Assembly: GCA_045863395.1 (NCBI GenBank)
Contig: BTVJ01000037.1
Coordinates: 8,010 to 72,009 of the forward strand
Source: Myxococcales bacterium
GTDB taxonomy: Bacteria > Myxococcota_A > UBA9042 > JABWCM01 > BTVJ01
DNA: 64,000 bases
Reading direction: 5' to 3'
The notes beneath the pieces were generated by a model, which was not told where the DNA came from, searched no databases, and saw nothing but the letters and a program-made list of their open reading frames with translations. Of this stretch, positions 9,701-19,274 are shown in pieces. A program made the position numbers and the translations under genes. How positions within the stretch are numbered: the stretch's first letter is position 1; each line of letters starts with the position of its first letter.

Positions 9701-10114
9701 GGCGACCTCCTGACCTCCCCAGGATGGGTGGATGGCCCTCGCAACGCAAGGGCTCCGGGATGCGAGCGGACCGAGGCTCACAGCCCTAAGGACGAGCAGG
9801 ACGGGTCGGGGTTGCCGACTGGCGCCGCGGCGGGCGCGCGCGACGGCCCGTAGGGAGACGGCACATGAGGCTTCGGTAGACCTGCATGGATTCGGAGCTC
9901 AAGATGGCCACCAGCCCCAGGAGCCCCGGCCGGGCCCGTTCCAGGTCGAGGACGTTCTCTCCGGAGGCTGCCTCCGTTCTCCCCGATGACGGTGGAGATC
10001 CGCCCTAAGCCGGGTCCTGGAGATCACCGTGTAGACAGAGGCTGCACCCGTCGCCCAAGCCTTTCTGAAATGACTTCGGGCACCTATGTCGTTTGAGAAG
10101 AGAGGAACTTCAGG

Positions 10115-10612
10115 CTAGAGGGCGCGTCGGCGGCGAAGGATCATCCCCGCCAGACCCAGGATCATCGCCACGAACGTCACATCGACGGGGCCCCCCGTGG
10201 TCGAGCAACCGCTGCTCTCGTCGCTGCTGGAGTCGCTCGTGTTGCCCCCGCCCGTACCGCCCTCATCATCGCCACCCTCGTCGTTGCCCTCGTCGCCGCC
10301 AGGACCGCCGCCGCCAGGACCGCCGCCGGGGATGCCGCCGCCGCCCTCGTCGTCGCCCGGTCCCGCACCACCCTCGTCATCGCCGGGGGCCCCGCCGCCC
10401 TCGTCGTCGCCCGGCATGCCGCCGCCGCCGCCGCTGGGCTTGCAGTTGTCCGGCGGGCTGGTGAACCCGTCGCAGTCTGCCCCGCAGGACCCGCTGGCGC
10501 ACTCGGCGTCGTCGCAGGTGTTGTCCCCGCACGCGGCACTGGCCGTTGAGGGGAGCATGAGCAGCGTCGCCAGACCGATGAGCGCCGCAGTGAAGATGGA
10601 AGCCTGCTTCAT
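10115..10612 (-). CDS. Secreted Cys-rich protein with G/D/E-rich linker and MYXO-CTERM sorting tail
   Basis: Signal peptide ending ASA; CGDNTCDDAECASGSCGADC; PGDDEGGG repeats; C-terminal GCSTTGG + hydrophobic helix + RRRR; AGGAG RBS. Confidence 0.8.
   Translation of the reverse strand: MKQASIFTAALIGLATLLMLPSTASAACGDNTCDDAECASGSCGADCDGFTSPPDNCKPSGGGGGMPGDDEGGGAPGDDEGGAGPGDDEGGGGIPGGGPGGGGPGGDEGNDEGGDDEGGTGGGNTSDSSSDESSGCSTTGGPVDVTFVAMILGLAGMILRRRRAL
10260..10432 (-). repeat. Imperfect coding repeats encoding (P)GDDEGGG
   Basis: Recurrent ccctcgtc(g/a)tcgcc(c/g)gg units on the + strand inside the MYXO-CTERM gene. Confidence 0.7.
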
Positions 10613-10795
10613 GTCACTCGTACTCCTGTGCGAGGGAGAGGAAGAACTGGGTACTGCCCGACGTGGGGAGTGTATGACATGGTGGGAATTGCTGACCGTT
10701 GCGTAAAGAAATAAGCCACCCCCATAGCCCTCCCGGTCAGGACGGCCCATGACCGTGGCGAGCCACAGGTCGAACGTCGTGCCCTCTCACGCGTG

Positions 10796-12844
10796 TCACT
10801 TCTGCGGGGCACGGACGCGGACGCCGCCCACCGGCAGCGCGATCCACACGCGGCCCGTTCGGCTCACCACGACGGAGGTCGGCTGCCGGTGGAGAGGCTC
10901 CCGCAGCGCCACATGGCCCGCGACGAGGTCGTGGACAGCCAGGCCGTAGCTTCCGTCGAGCGTCACGAGCCACCGACCGTCGCGGCTCGCGGCGAGCGGT
11001 GCGCCCGCCGCCGCGACTCTACGCGTCGTCGTCCCGTGCACCGTGACCTGGCCGCCCTCGGCGAGCAGCCACACTCCGTCGCCGACGAGCACGGCCTGTC
11101 CGCGAGTCTCCGCCGCGAGCGGTCGTGGGGCGCCGCCGTCGAGCAGGCGCAGGTCGAGCCTGTCGGGGTCCGCGTGCATCCGGAAAGTCCCCGGGGCAGG
11201 TGAGTCCTCCCAGGACCGGCCCGCCGTGCGGTCCACGAACGCCGCGGCGTCGGGGGCCAACGCCTCCACCGTGCCGGTCGCCTGCAGCGTGCGACCCACG
11301 GCGAGGGCTCCCGCGGCATCGGGGGATCCGTCTGCTGCGACGCCCGGCGTCCCATCGGGTGCCCCGCCCGGCGCGACCAGCGCCACCGTCCGTTCTCCGG
11401 CCGCTGCGATCCCCGCCGGGCCCCAGGCGAGCCAGCGGACCGCGAAGGGCAGGGCGGCGCGGCGCTCCTCGCCCGTCTGCGCCAGGAGCCGCAGGTCCGT
11501 CCCCTCGCGGGTCGGCAGCGCGACGGCGACGCGCGTCCCCTCGGGAGAGAACGCCACGGCGAGCGGGCCCCGGGGCGGAGCGCCGAGCCCGGCAGTGAAG
11601 ATCTCGGAGCTGCTGGTGGCGTCCGTCACCACCAGCGTGAGCCCTGTGGTGGTCCCGATGGGCCCGCGCCGAAGGGACGCCACGCGCGTCTCGTCCTGAG
11701 ACAGCGCGAGGGCCTCCGTCACCGGGTCGAACGCGATTCGCACCACGCCGCGCGTCTCCCAGGCTGCGAACACCTCCCCGGCAGGCCCTACCGCCAGGGC
11801 CTGCGGCGCCTCGTCGAGGAGTGTCTCGGCCAGCAGCGCAGGCTCGCGCCCATCGAAGAGGCGGAGCGACGGCGACTCACGCGACACGGCCACCACGGCA
11901 TGGGCCCCGTCGGGTGTGACGGCGAGCGCGTCCACGTGCCCGTACTCGAAGACGCTCCCCTGCTCCTTCCCAGCGGCGTCATAGACGGCCATGCCGCTGT
12001 CGAACGCCACGACGCGGCCTCCGTCCAGCAGGCGCGCCTGCGTCTGCGCGCTCACGGGGACGGAGGTCTTCGTCGATGCGCCGCGCAGCGGGACGACCGT
12101 GCGCGTCGCCCCGGTGAGCGCCGCAGAGCCGTCGGGGGCTATCGCGACGAAGGCCTCGTCGCTCGCGTGGCTGGCCCTGGCAGCCCCCGTGGTCCCGTCC
12201 AGGACCACGAGACCCCCGAAGCCCGCCGCGATGACCCCGTCCGCTCCCCAGGCGGCGGTCCATGGCTCGAAGGCGAGCGGCTGCGCCCAGAGCAGGCGGC
12301 CCGCCTCGGTGCTCACGGCGTGGACGCTCGCGCCTCCCCCTGGGGCGCATCCCACGCACAGGATGGCGAGGGCGGCTCCGTCAGGCGAAAACGCGAGGGC
12401 CCGGACGGACGGGTAGGTCTCTGCCATGCAGGGCGCGGCGCGGCGAGCGTCGTGGCGCCCCCCCAGGCACAGCGGGGTCGCGGCACGGCGCACGAGGGTG
12501 GTGGCGTCGAGAACGGCGACCCACCATGGCCAGTGGCCCGGCTCGGCGACGACCGTCGCGAGGTGCGCTCCGTCCCGGGTGATCGCGAGCAGCCGTGCCC
12601 CCGCGAGCGCCGCGGGGACCGCCGACCCCTCGGGTGGGTCGGAGACCTCGGGCCAGTCGACGCCCGGCGGGGCGAGCGCGGTCGGGGTGGAGGGGAGCCC
12701 GGGCGGATCGGACGGATAGGGCGGGTCCAGGGGGTCGGCTCCCTGCTTCGCTCCGGCTGATGCCTCACCGGCGGGGCGATGCGCCTCTCCGTGGCACGAA
12801 GGACCGAGGAGCACAAGGGCGAGGACCAGGGTGAATCGAGTCAT
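10796..12844 (-). CDS. WD40/YVTN-like beta-propeller lipoprotein
   Basis: MTRFTLVLALVLLGPSC signal/lipobox; repeated ALAFSPDG, AIAPDG, LAVTPDG, VAFSPEG, ASRDGRWL blades. Confidence 0.75.
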   Translation of the reverse strand: MTRFTLVLALVLLGPSCHGEAHRPAGEASAGAKQGADPLDPPYPSDPPGLPSTPTALAPPGVDWPEVSDPPEGSAVPAALAGARLLAITRDGAHLATVVAEPGHWPWWVAVLDATTLVRRAATPLCLGGRHDARRAAPCMAETYPSVRALAFSPDGAALAILCVGCAPGGGASVHAVSTEAGRLLWAQPLAFEPWTAAWGADGVIAAGFGGLVVLDGTTGAARASHASDEAFVAIAPDGSAALTGATRTVVPLRGASTKTSVPVSAQTQARLLDGGRVVAFDSGMAVYDAAGKEQGSVFEYGHVDALAVTPDGAHAVVAVSRESPSLRLFDGREPALLAETLLDEAPQALAVGPAGEVFAAWETRGVVRIAFDPVTEALALSQDETRVASLRRGPIGTTTGLTLVVTDATSSSEIFTAGLGAPPRGPLAVAFSPEGTRVAVALPTREGTDLRLLAQTGEERRAALPFAVRWLAWGPAGIAAAGERTVALVAPGGAPDGTPGVAADGSPDAAGALAVGRTLQATGTVEALAPDAAAFVDRTAGRSWEDSPAPGTFRMHADPDRLDLRLLDGGAPRPLAAETRGQAVLVGDGVWLLAEGGQVTVHGTTTRRVAAAGAPLAASRDGRWLVTLDGSYGLAVHDLVAGHVALREPLHRQPTSVVVSRTGRVWIALPVGGVRVRAPQK

Positions 12845-13035
12845 GGGATGGGTTCGCCTCCTGCGTCCCCGGCCAGCGCACACAGAACCGCGATGGAGGT
12901 TCCCCTCTGCGTCCGACGGGCCCTCAGAGGAGGCAGCCCGGGATGGGGTAGTATGCGCTGCCGCTGCCCGAACTGCACGACCCATGGGTGCAGCCAGCCG
13001 TTGGCTTGCATTGGACGCGCCGCGGACACCGGGAC

Positions 13036-13650
13036 GCGGGAGTCTGGCGTACACGCGTTGCCGCCGTTGCACACGACCGCGGTCCCCGAGCACGTGCCTC
13101 CGCCGCTCGTGTCGTTGCTCGTGCACGCCTTGGCGTCGTTGCACTGCTGGGTGTTCGGCGTGAACACGCAGCCCGCCGCCGCGTTGCAGGAGTCCGTCAT
13201 GCACGGGTTCGAGTCGTTGCAGACCGCCGGAGCGCCGCTGCACGCGCCTCCCGAGCAGGTGTCCCCGGTGGTGCAGGCCTTGTCGTCATTGCACGAGAGG
13301 GTGTTGTTCACATGGACGCACCCGCTCGCCGGGTTGCACGTGTCCGTCATGCAGACCTTGCCGTCGTCGCAGGTGATGGGAGTCCCCTTGCACGTCTCGC
13401 CGCCGCACACGTCGCCCGACGTGCAGGCGCTCCCGTCGCTGCAGGGGGCGAGTTCGGCGCGTTCACGCACGCGCCCGTCGCCGCGTTGCACGAGTCACCG
13501 GTGCACGGGTTGGCGTCGCTGCAGTTGATCGGGGTCCCGGAGCACGTCACCACGTCCGGTGCCCCCGGCAGGCAGGAGCCACTGTCGCGCGCGTCGCCTG
13601 CCGTGCACGGGTCACCGTCGTCGCAGGGCGCCGCGTTCGGCGTGCAGGCG
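13036..13650 (-). pseudogene. Frameshifted fragment of a Cys-rich (CDDGxxCTxDxC, Dictyostelium-type) repeat protein
   Basis: Repeats CDDGDPCT and CSDANPCTGDSC are in one frame; CSDGSACT, CDDGKVCMTDTC, CNDDKACT and CNDSNPCMTDSC are in another. The shift is near a G5 run at 13444-13448. No credible start or signal peptide. Confidence 0.65.
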
Positions 13651-13912
13651 CCCCCCCTCGGAGGAGCAACACCGCGAGGAGCAGAAGACGGTGCGGTGAC
13701 ACGGCTTGCCTCCAGCACGACGTGGACCGCAGGGTCCGCGGCTGGGGGACCGGTCCCGGCGGGAGATCACTGATTCAGCCCACATGCGCGGTGTGCACAA
13801 TGCACGCGCAGGTGAAAGCTGCGCGCGACCCCGTCTCGCGCGTCCGCACAGCACAAGGGAGGAAGCACAACCGCCTCATGCGTCGCAGGACCAACCGACG
13901 TGGGGCCGCCGA

Positions 13913-15211
13913 TCAGAACGTCGCCCGCAGCTCCAGCTCCGCGAAGTGGAGCAGGTCGTCGCTCACGTCGCTGTCGGGGAGGAACAGCGCGTAGCCGCAG
14001 CGCAGGCCGAAGATCTTGCCAGGCTTCCAGAGGATGCCCAGGTCGATCTCCGTCCCCTGGTAGCCGTCCTCGGTCTTGCCCTTCTCCGGGCGGAAGAACA
14101 TATGGCCGTCGAGCATGATCTTCAGGACGGGGATGGGGGCGTAGGCGACATGGAGGACCGCCCCTGCGATGTTGGTGCGCGGGCCGATGAAGTCTGAGTA
14201 GCCGAGCCACTTGTGGGCGGTCGGGAAGAGCTGGAACCAGCCCTCGTCCTTGTCCGCCGTGCCGCCGTCGTCGCCGCTCGCGAAGAGACCCTCGACGGCC
14301 ACCCGAAACGCCCGGTTCTCCAGGAAGCCGAGCCCGATCTCGGCGTTGCCGTGGAAGCCGAGGGCGTCGACACCTCCGCGCCTGCCCACCTGGACGCCGG
14401 CCTCCACGCGGTAGTCGAGGAGCTTGTCGGCGACCAGGCCCTTGTGGCGGGCACCGAAGGTCATCTCCGTGGTCTCCTTGATGGTCGCTCCCGCCTCGGT
14501 GGTCTCGGGAGCCAGGCGCGCGAAGAGGTAGAGATCCAGGTCGAAGCCCTCTCCGAGGAGCGGCCCCAGCCCCGCGTAGGCGCCGAGGAAGTAGGAGTCT
14601 CCGGCGCCGAAGTCCTCGCCCACCTGGGGCGTGGACGTGAAGCCCTCGATGAGCATGGTCACGAACACGTCGAGCCACGGCCCCTTGTCGCCAAACTCGG
14701 CGTGGGCGCGGAGCCCGTCGAAGGCCCGGCCCAGGTGGTGCCAGGCCACGGTCCCGATGACCAGCTCGTCGCCGTAGCTCATCTCGAAGCGCCCGAAGTC
14801 GAAGCGGAAGCCGGGGGCCGCGAGCGCGACGTAGCCCTCGTGCAGGCCGAGCACCGCGTCCACCAGGTCGTCGCCCCCCACCCCGAGGAAGCCGCCGGTC
14901 TGCGGCGCCATCACCGCCTGCAGGGTGAAGCCCTTGGCCACCTCCAGGTGAGCGGTTTTCAATATCATCTTGGCCCGGTAGCGGAAGTAGTCCTCCGCAG
15001 AGATTGTGACTCCCGGGCTCGCGTAGTTCCTGCGCGTCTCGAAGCGGGTGAAGAAGTCGCCGCCAATCTGGATCGGAAACTCCGCGTCCGCGCCGCTCTC
15101 CGCGCCGGCAGAGTCGACATCGACGCCGCCCACCGTCTCAGCCACCTCCGCGCTGGCGCCCACCGGTGTCCAAAGCAGGGCCGCGCACACGGCGGCCAAC
15201 GCCCGTCTCAT
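13913..15211 (-). CDS. Alginate-export (AlgE-like) outer-membrane beta-barrel porin
   Basis: Signal peptide; GRFEMSYGDELVIGTVAWHHLGRAFDG; LFPTAHKWLGYSD; GTEIDL; C-terminal Phe. Start overlaps the upstream stop. Confidence 0.85.
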   Translation of the reverse strand: MRRALAAVCAALLWTPVGASAEVAETVGGVDVDSAGAESGADAEFPIQIGGDFFTRFETRRNYASPGVTISAEDYFRYRAKMILKTAHLEVAKGFTLQAVMAPQTGGFLGVGGDDLVDAVLGLHEGYVALAAPGFRFDFGRFEMSYGDELVIGTVAWHHLGRAFDGLRAHAEFGDKGPWLDVFVTMLIEGFTSTPQVGEDFGAGDSYFLGAYAGLGPLLGEGFDLDLYLFARLAPETTEAGATIKETTEMTFGARHKGLVADKLLDYRVEAGVQVGRRGGVDALGFHGNAEIGLGFLENRAFRVAVEGLFASGDDGGTADKDEGWFQLFPTAHKWLGYSDFIGPRTNIAGAVLHVAYAPIPVLKIMLDGHMFFRPEKGKTEDGYQGTEIDLGILWKPGKIFGLRCGYALFLPDSDVSDDLLHFAELELRATF

Positions 15212-15519
15212 GGGTCTCCTCCTTCGGTCGAGTCCATGCACATGCGCAACAACCGCACGCCGGCGTCCGTCGCCAGCAGCGTGTCGCACCAGTCCTTGTC
15301 GTCGTAGCGGTAGCGGACCTGCGCCGCGCGAATCTGCCCAGTTGCCAAGAGTGGAGGCAGCTCCAGCACGTCTCTCTGCGCCCGCGAGGACAGCTCCTGC
15401 GGCGCGCCTCGCAGCAGCACCTCGTGCACCGAGGTCAGCGCAGCGAGATCCCGCACCAACTCGTCCAGCATCGCCGCGTCGAGCACCGCCTCGCGAAGCT
15501 CGGGGAGTCTCTGGGTCAT
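15208..15519 (-). CDS. Hypothetical protein within nap operon
   Basis: 103 aa, overlapping start/stop codons with both neighbours; QVRYRYDDKDWCDTL segment. Confidence 0.7.
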   Translation of the reverse strand: MTQRLPELREAVLDAAMLDELVRDLAALTSVHEVLLRGAPQELSSRAQRDVLELPPLLATGQIRAAQVRYRYDDKDWCDTLLATDAGVRLLRMCMDSTEGGDP

Positions 15520-16094
15520 CGCATCACCGGAAGCAGAATGATCGCATTTCTGGGGGCCGGGCAGACGTGCTGGCAGATGCCGCAGCCCGTGCATGCCTCC
15601 TGGACCACCCGCGGGCGCCCGCCGTCGCGGACAATCGCGCCCGGCACCGGACAGCGCTCGGCGCACGCGGCACAGCCCGTCTGCGCCATGCAATCCATGG
15701 GGTTGATGTGGGCCGTCCCCATGCGCACCCTCCCGACTGGCAAGAGCGCCCCGCTCGGGCACGCCTCGATGCATGGCGTCCCCGTGCACAGCAAGCAGGG
15801 CTGGCGCAGAGGGTCGATCATCGGGGTCCCCTCGGCTCCCCTCGCCCGCGCCGGGACGATGGCGTTCGGGGGGCACGCCGTCGCGCACAGGTCGCAGTGG
15901 GCGCAAGCGGCCAGGAAGTCCGCCTCCCCGATGGCCCCCGGGGGGCGCAGCAGCAGCGGGGCCCGGCGGCGGCGGGGCTCCGGGGCCGTCTCTTCCGCCG
16001 GAACCGCGTCTCCCGAGGCTCCTCCGCCCGGCCACAGCCGCCGCAGGAAGCCTCCGCGGAGCACCTCGCGCCTCGACAGCGTCGCGGCGGTCAC
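15516..16094 (-). CDS. NapG/MauM-family 4Fe-4S polyferredoxin (NapF-like not excluded)
   Basis: LSRREVL; LRPPGA...FLAACAHCDLCATACP; CLLC...CIEACP; CAACAERCP; CTGCGICQHVCP. GTG start overlaps the napB stop. Confidence 0.85.
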   Translation of the reverse strand: MTAATLSRREVLRGGFLRRLWPGGGASGDAVPAEETAPEPRRRRAPLLLRPPGAIGEADFLAACAHCDLCATACPPNAIVPARARGAEGTPMIDPLRQPCLLCTGTPCIEACPSGALLPVGRVRMGTAHINPMDCMAQTGCAACAERCPVPGAIVRDGGRPRVVQEACTGCGICQHVCPAPRNAIILLPVMR

Positions 16095-16882
16095 GGCGCC
16101 CCCCCGTGCGCGCTGGCCCAGGGCGGCGGCAGCTCCTCCCGAAGCCCGGGCCGCTGGTCCAGCCCGGCGGACAGCGCGTGGCACTGGGTGCAGCTCTGGC
16201 GCCAGGGGTGCGTGGTCTGCAACCCCTCCCGCCCCGCGGGCCCGTGGCAGCTCGCGCACTCGCTCCGCATCAGCGTCGGGTGGGGGATGGTCGGCGGCGC
16301 CCCGACCCAGGCCCGCGTCCCCTCGCCCGGGTGCCGGAGGCCCGCGAAGCCGTTGTCTCCCATCGTGTATGCCAGCTCCTCGTCGGGGGTGAACACCCCG
16401 CCCATGGGCACGTGGCACTGGGTGCAGCTCGAGTACTTCGCGTGGCTGATCCCCGGCGCGCGCAGCTCACCCACCACCGCCCCGGTCTCGTGGCACACCA
16501 GGCACGGCAAGCCCCCGCGCTGGGGCACGGGGTGCGGCACCATGGGCGGCGCCCCGTCATAGGCCCGCAGGTGGGCCCGCGCCTCCAGGCTCTTCGCCTT
16601 CAGCTCGGGCTTCACGACGATCACCGAGTCCGGCGGAGGCACCACGGGCCGCAGCGCCGACAGGGACTGGGGGGTGCTCTTGCGCTCCCAGAAGGGCGCC
16701 TGCTGGAGCTCCTTCCACGACTTCGCCGCGGGCACCTCGCCTGTCAGTGTGGCCGGCGGGGGCTCCACGGCGGGGACCTCCAGCGGCCGGGTCCCGAGCA
16801 CGAAGCCGACGACGGAGACCGCGATCACCGCCGCGGTGAACACCGTCACCTGGCGGCGGAACGTGCCGTTCTCCTGTCCCAT
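16091..16882 (-). CDS. napB: NapB-family nitrate reductase cytochrome c subunit, tandem-duplicated (4 CxxCH)
   Basis: RAYDGAPPMVPH...CLVCH...CTQCH, then RAWVGAPPTIPH...CASCH...CTQCH; N-terminal hydrophobic anchor; directly after napA. Confidence 0.85.
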   Translation of the reverse strand: MGQENGTFRRQVTVFTAAVIAVSVVGFVLGTRPLEVPAVEPPPATLTGEVPAAKSWKELQQAPFWERKSTPQSLSALRPVVPPPDSVIVVKPELKAKSLEARAHLRAYDGAPPMVPHPVPQRGGLPCLVCHETGAVVGELRAPGISHAKYSSCTQCHVPMGGVFTPDEELAYTMGDNGFAGLRHPGEGTRAWVGAPPTIPHPTLMRSECASCHGPAGREGLQTTHPWRQSCTQCHALSAGLDQRPGLREELPPPWASAHGGAP

Positions 16883-16892
16883 GACAGCCTCC

Positions 16893-19274
16893 TCACGCCT
16901 TGCGGATGCGCGCTGCGCACTTCTTGTAGTCCGGCTGCTTGGAGAACGGGTCGTGGGCGTCGAGCGTCAGGTCGTTGACCAGCAGGCGCTCGTCGAAGAA
17001 GGGGATGAACACCGACCCCTTCGGCGGCGCCCCGCGCCCGTTGATCCACGCGGCCAGCCGCAGCGACCCGCGCCGCGTCTCCACCACCACCGCGTCGCCG
17101 TTCCCGACCCCCACGGCCGCCGCGTCGTCCGGGTGGACCTCCACGTAGGCCTGGGGCATGGCGCGCCGGAGCTGCGGGATCCGCATGGTCATGGTCCCCG
17201 AGTGCCAGTGCTCCAGCACCCGGCCCGTGCAGAGCCACAGCGGATACTCCTGGTCGGGCACCTCCGGGGGCGCCTCGTAGGGGCGGAACCAGATCTGCGC
17301 CCGGTCGTCCTTGGTCGTCGAGTGGTAGAACTGGATGCGCCGCCCCTTCTCCACGAAGGGGTCCGCCCCCTCAGAGAACCGGAACCGCGTCTCCTTCCAG
17401 CTCCCGTCCGCGGCTTGGACCACCGGCCACCGGAGCCCCCGCGCCTTCACGTACTCCTCATAGGGCGCCAGGTTCTTGTGCTTGATGGTCGTGAACTGGC
17501 GGTACTCCTCGAAGAGCGCCCGGTCCACGTTCACGTCGTAGAAGCGCTCCCACTGCCAGACCGGCACCTCGCGCCCGGCGTCGTCCCTCATCGCGAAGAG
17601 GAAGCGCCCGTCCTTGTCCTTCATCCCCGGGTGGCCGAGCTCGTCCAGCCGCCGCGCCACCGCGATGGTCTGCCACACGTCGTCCCGCGCCTCCCCCGGC
17701 GGCTCCACCATCTTGAACCACTGCTGGGTGCGGCGCTCCGAGTTGCCGAACATGCCGTTCTTCTCGACCCACATGGCGCTCGGCAGGACCAGGTCCGCCT
17801 CGGCCGTGGTCGCCGTGGGGTAGACGTCGCTGACGATGAGGAACTTGTCCTCGCCGGGCTTCCGGTGGTTGAACAGCTTGTGGCGGTTCGGCAGGGTCTG
17901 GCCCGGGTTCGTCACCTGCACCCAGATGGTGTGGATGTCTCCCCCTTGAGCTGCCGGCGTCGAGAACTTCTCCCACATCAAGACCGTGTGATAGCCCGGC
18001 GTCCCGTTGAGGCGCCCCTCGGGCAGGTTCCAGCCCTTCTCCACCACCGCCCGGTGCTCGGGCTTCGCCACCAGCAGGCCGCCGGGCAGTGCGTGAGCCA
18101 GCGTCCCCACCTCGCGCACCGTCCCGCACGCGCTCGGCTGCCCCGTCAGGCTGGTCGGCGCGTCCCCGGGGCGCCCGAAGTGCCCGCTCAGCAGGTGGAT
18201 GCCGTGGACCAGCGAGTTGATGGCCGTGCCCCGAGTGTGCTGGTTCATGCCCATGCACCAGAGGCTCGTGATGCGCAGGTCCCGCCGCCCGAAGAGGTCT
18301 CCCAGCATGCGGATCTGGTCCGCCGGCACCCCCGAGAGCTCCTCCACCCGCTCCGGCGTGTACTCGGCGACCTTCTTCTTGTACTCGTCGAAGGTCATGG
18401 GATCGCCGAGCAGATCCCCCTCCTTGTCCTTGCGGAAGCTGCAGAAGGACTCGGCGAACTCCTTGTCCCACGTGCCCTTGGCGAGGAGCAGGTGGGCGAT
18501 GCCGTTGGCGATGGCCAGGTCCGAGTGGGGCCGGAACTCCAGGTAGTGCTGGGCGAAGTCCGTCGTCCGCGTGCGGCGGGTGCCGATGTCGATGAGCGTG
18601 ACCTTCTCGCCCTTGTTGCGCCGGTCCACGATGCGCGAGAACAGGACCGGGTGCATCTCCGCCGGGTTGTTGCCCCAGCAGATGATGACGTCCGCCTTGT
18701 CCAGGTCGTCGTAGCAGCCCGCCGGCTCGTCCACGCCATACGTCGACAGGAAGCCGGTCACCGCCGACGCCATGCACAGGCGCGCGTTGGGATCGATGTG
18801 GTTGCTGGACAGGCCGCCCTTCACGAGCTTCAGCGCGGCGTAGCCCTCGGGGATGGTCCACTGGCCGCTGCCGTACACCGCGAAGCCCGCCGGATCCTTC
18901 ATGACGCGCTTGGCGACCGTGTCGATGGCCTCCTCCCACGAGATGGGCACGAGCTTGCCGCCCTTGCGCAGGAGCGGTGTCTTGAGGCGGTCCTGTCCGT
19001 ACAAGACCAGCCCCACGTGGTAGCCCTTGACGCAGAGCAGGCCCTTGTTGACCTCGGCGAGCTGGTCGCCGCGGATGCCGACGACGCGCCCGTCCTTCAC
19101 TCCAACGGAGACGTGGCACCCGGTCCCGCAGAACCGACATGGGGCCTTGTTCCAGACGGCGTCGTCCTTGGGCGCCTGGGCGGCGGCGTCCTCCGGGGCG
19201 AGCCGCCCTTCGATTGCAGCGGCGGCGGCGGCCATGGCCGTGGCCTTGATGAAGGTGCGTCGGTCGAGGCTCAT
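16893..19274 (-). CDS. napA: Periplasmic nitrate reductase catalytic subunit
   Basis: Tat signal DRRTFIK; CRFCGTGC and LCVKG [4Fe-4S] motif; NARLCMASA Mo ligand; GQPSACGT; TGRVLEHWH; DPFSKQPDYKKCA terminus. Confidence 0.97.
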   Translation of the reverse strand: MSLDRRTFIKATAMAAAAAAIEGRLAPEDAAAQAPKDDAVWNKAPCRFCGTGCHVSVGVKDGRVVGIRGDQLAEVNKGLLCVKGYHVGLVLYGQDRLKTPLLRKGGKLVPISWEEAIDTVAKRVMKDPAGFAVYGSGQWTIPEGYAALKLVKGGLSSNHIDPNARLCMASAVTGFLSTYGVDEPAGCYDDLDKADVIICWGNNPAEMHPVLFSRIVDRRNKGEKVTLIDIGTRRTRTTDFAQHYLEFRPHSDLAIANGIAHLLLAKGTWDKEFAESFCSFRKDKEGDLLGDPMTFDEYKKKVAEYTPERVEELSGVPADQIRMLGDLFGRRDLRITSLWCMGMNQHTRGTAINSLVHGIHLLSGHFGRPGDAPTSLTGQPSACGTVREVGTLAHALPGGLLVAKPEHRAVVEKGWNLPEGRLNGTPGYHTVLMWEKFSTPAAQGGDIHTIWVQVTNPGQTLPNRHKLFNHRKPGEDKFLIVSDVYPTATTAEADLVLPSAMWVEKNGMFGNSERRTQQWFKMVEPPGEARDDVWQTIAVARRLDELGHPGMKDKDGRFLFAMRDDAGREVPVWQWERFYDVNVDRALFEEYRQFTTIKHKNLAPYEEYVKARGLRWPVVQAADGSWKETRFRFSEGADPFVEKGRRIQFYHSTTKDDRAQIWFRPYEAPPEVPDQEYPLWLCTGRVLEHWHSGTMTMRIPQLRRAMPQAYVEVHPDDAAAVGVGNGDAVVVETRRGSLRLAAWINGRGAPPKGSVFIPFFDERLLVNDLTLDAHDPFSKQPDYKKCAARIRKA

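Noticed and set aside
12845..13243. N-terminal extension of the beta-propeller ORF to 815 aa as in the ORF track
   Set aside because: The signal peptide and lipobox start at 12844, and the extension overlaps the Cys-repeat remnant in another frame.
13913..15211. Alginate biosynthesis locus
   Set aside because: Only the AlgE-like barrel is present; there are no synthase, epimerase or acetylation genes, and the gene is coupled to nap.
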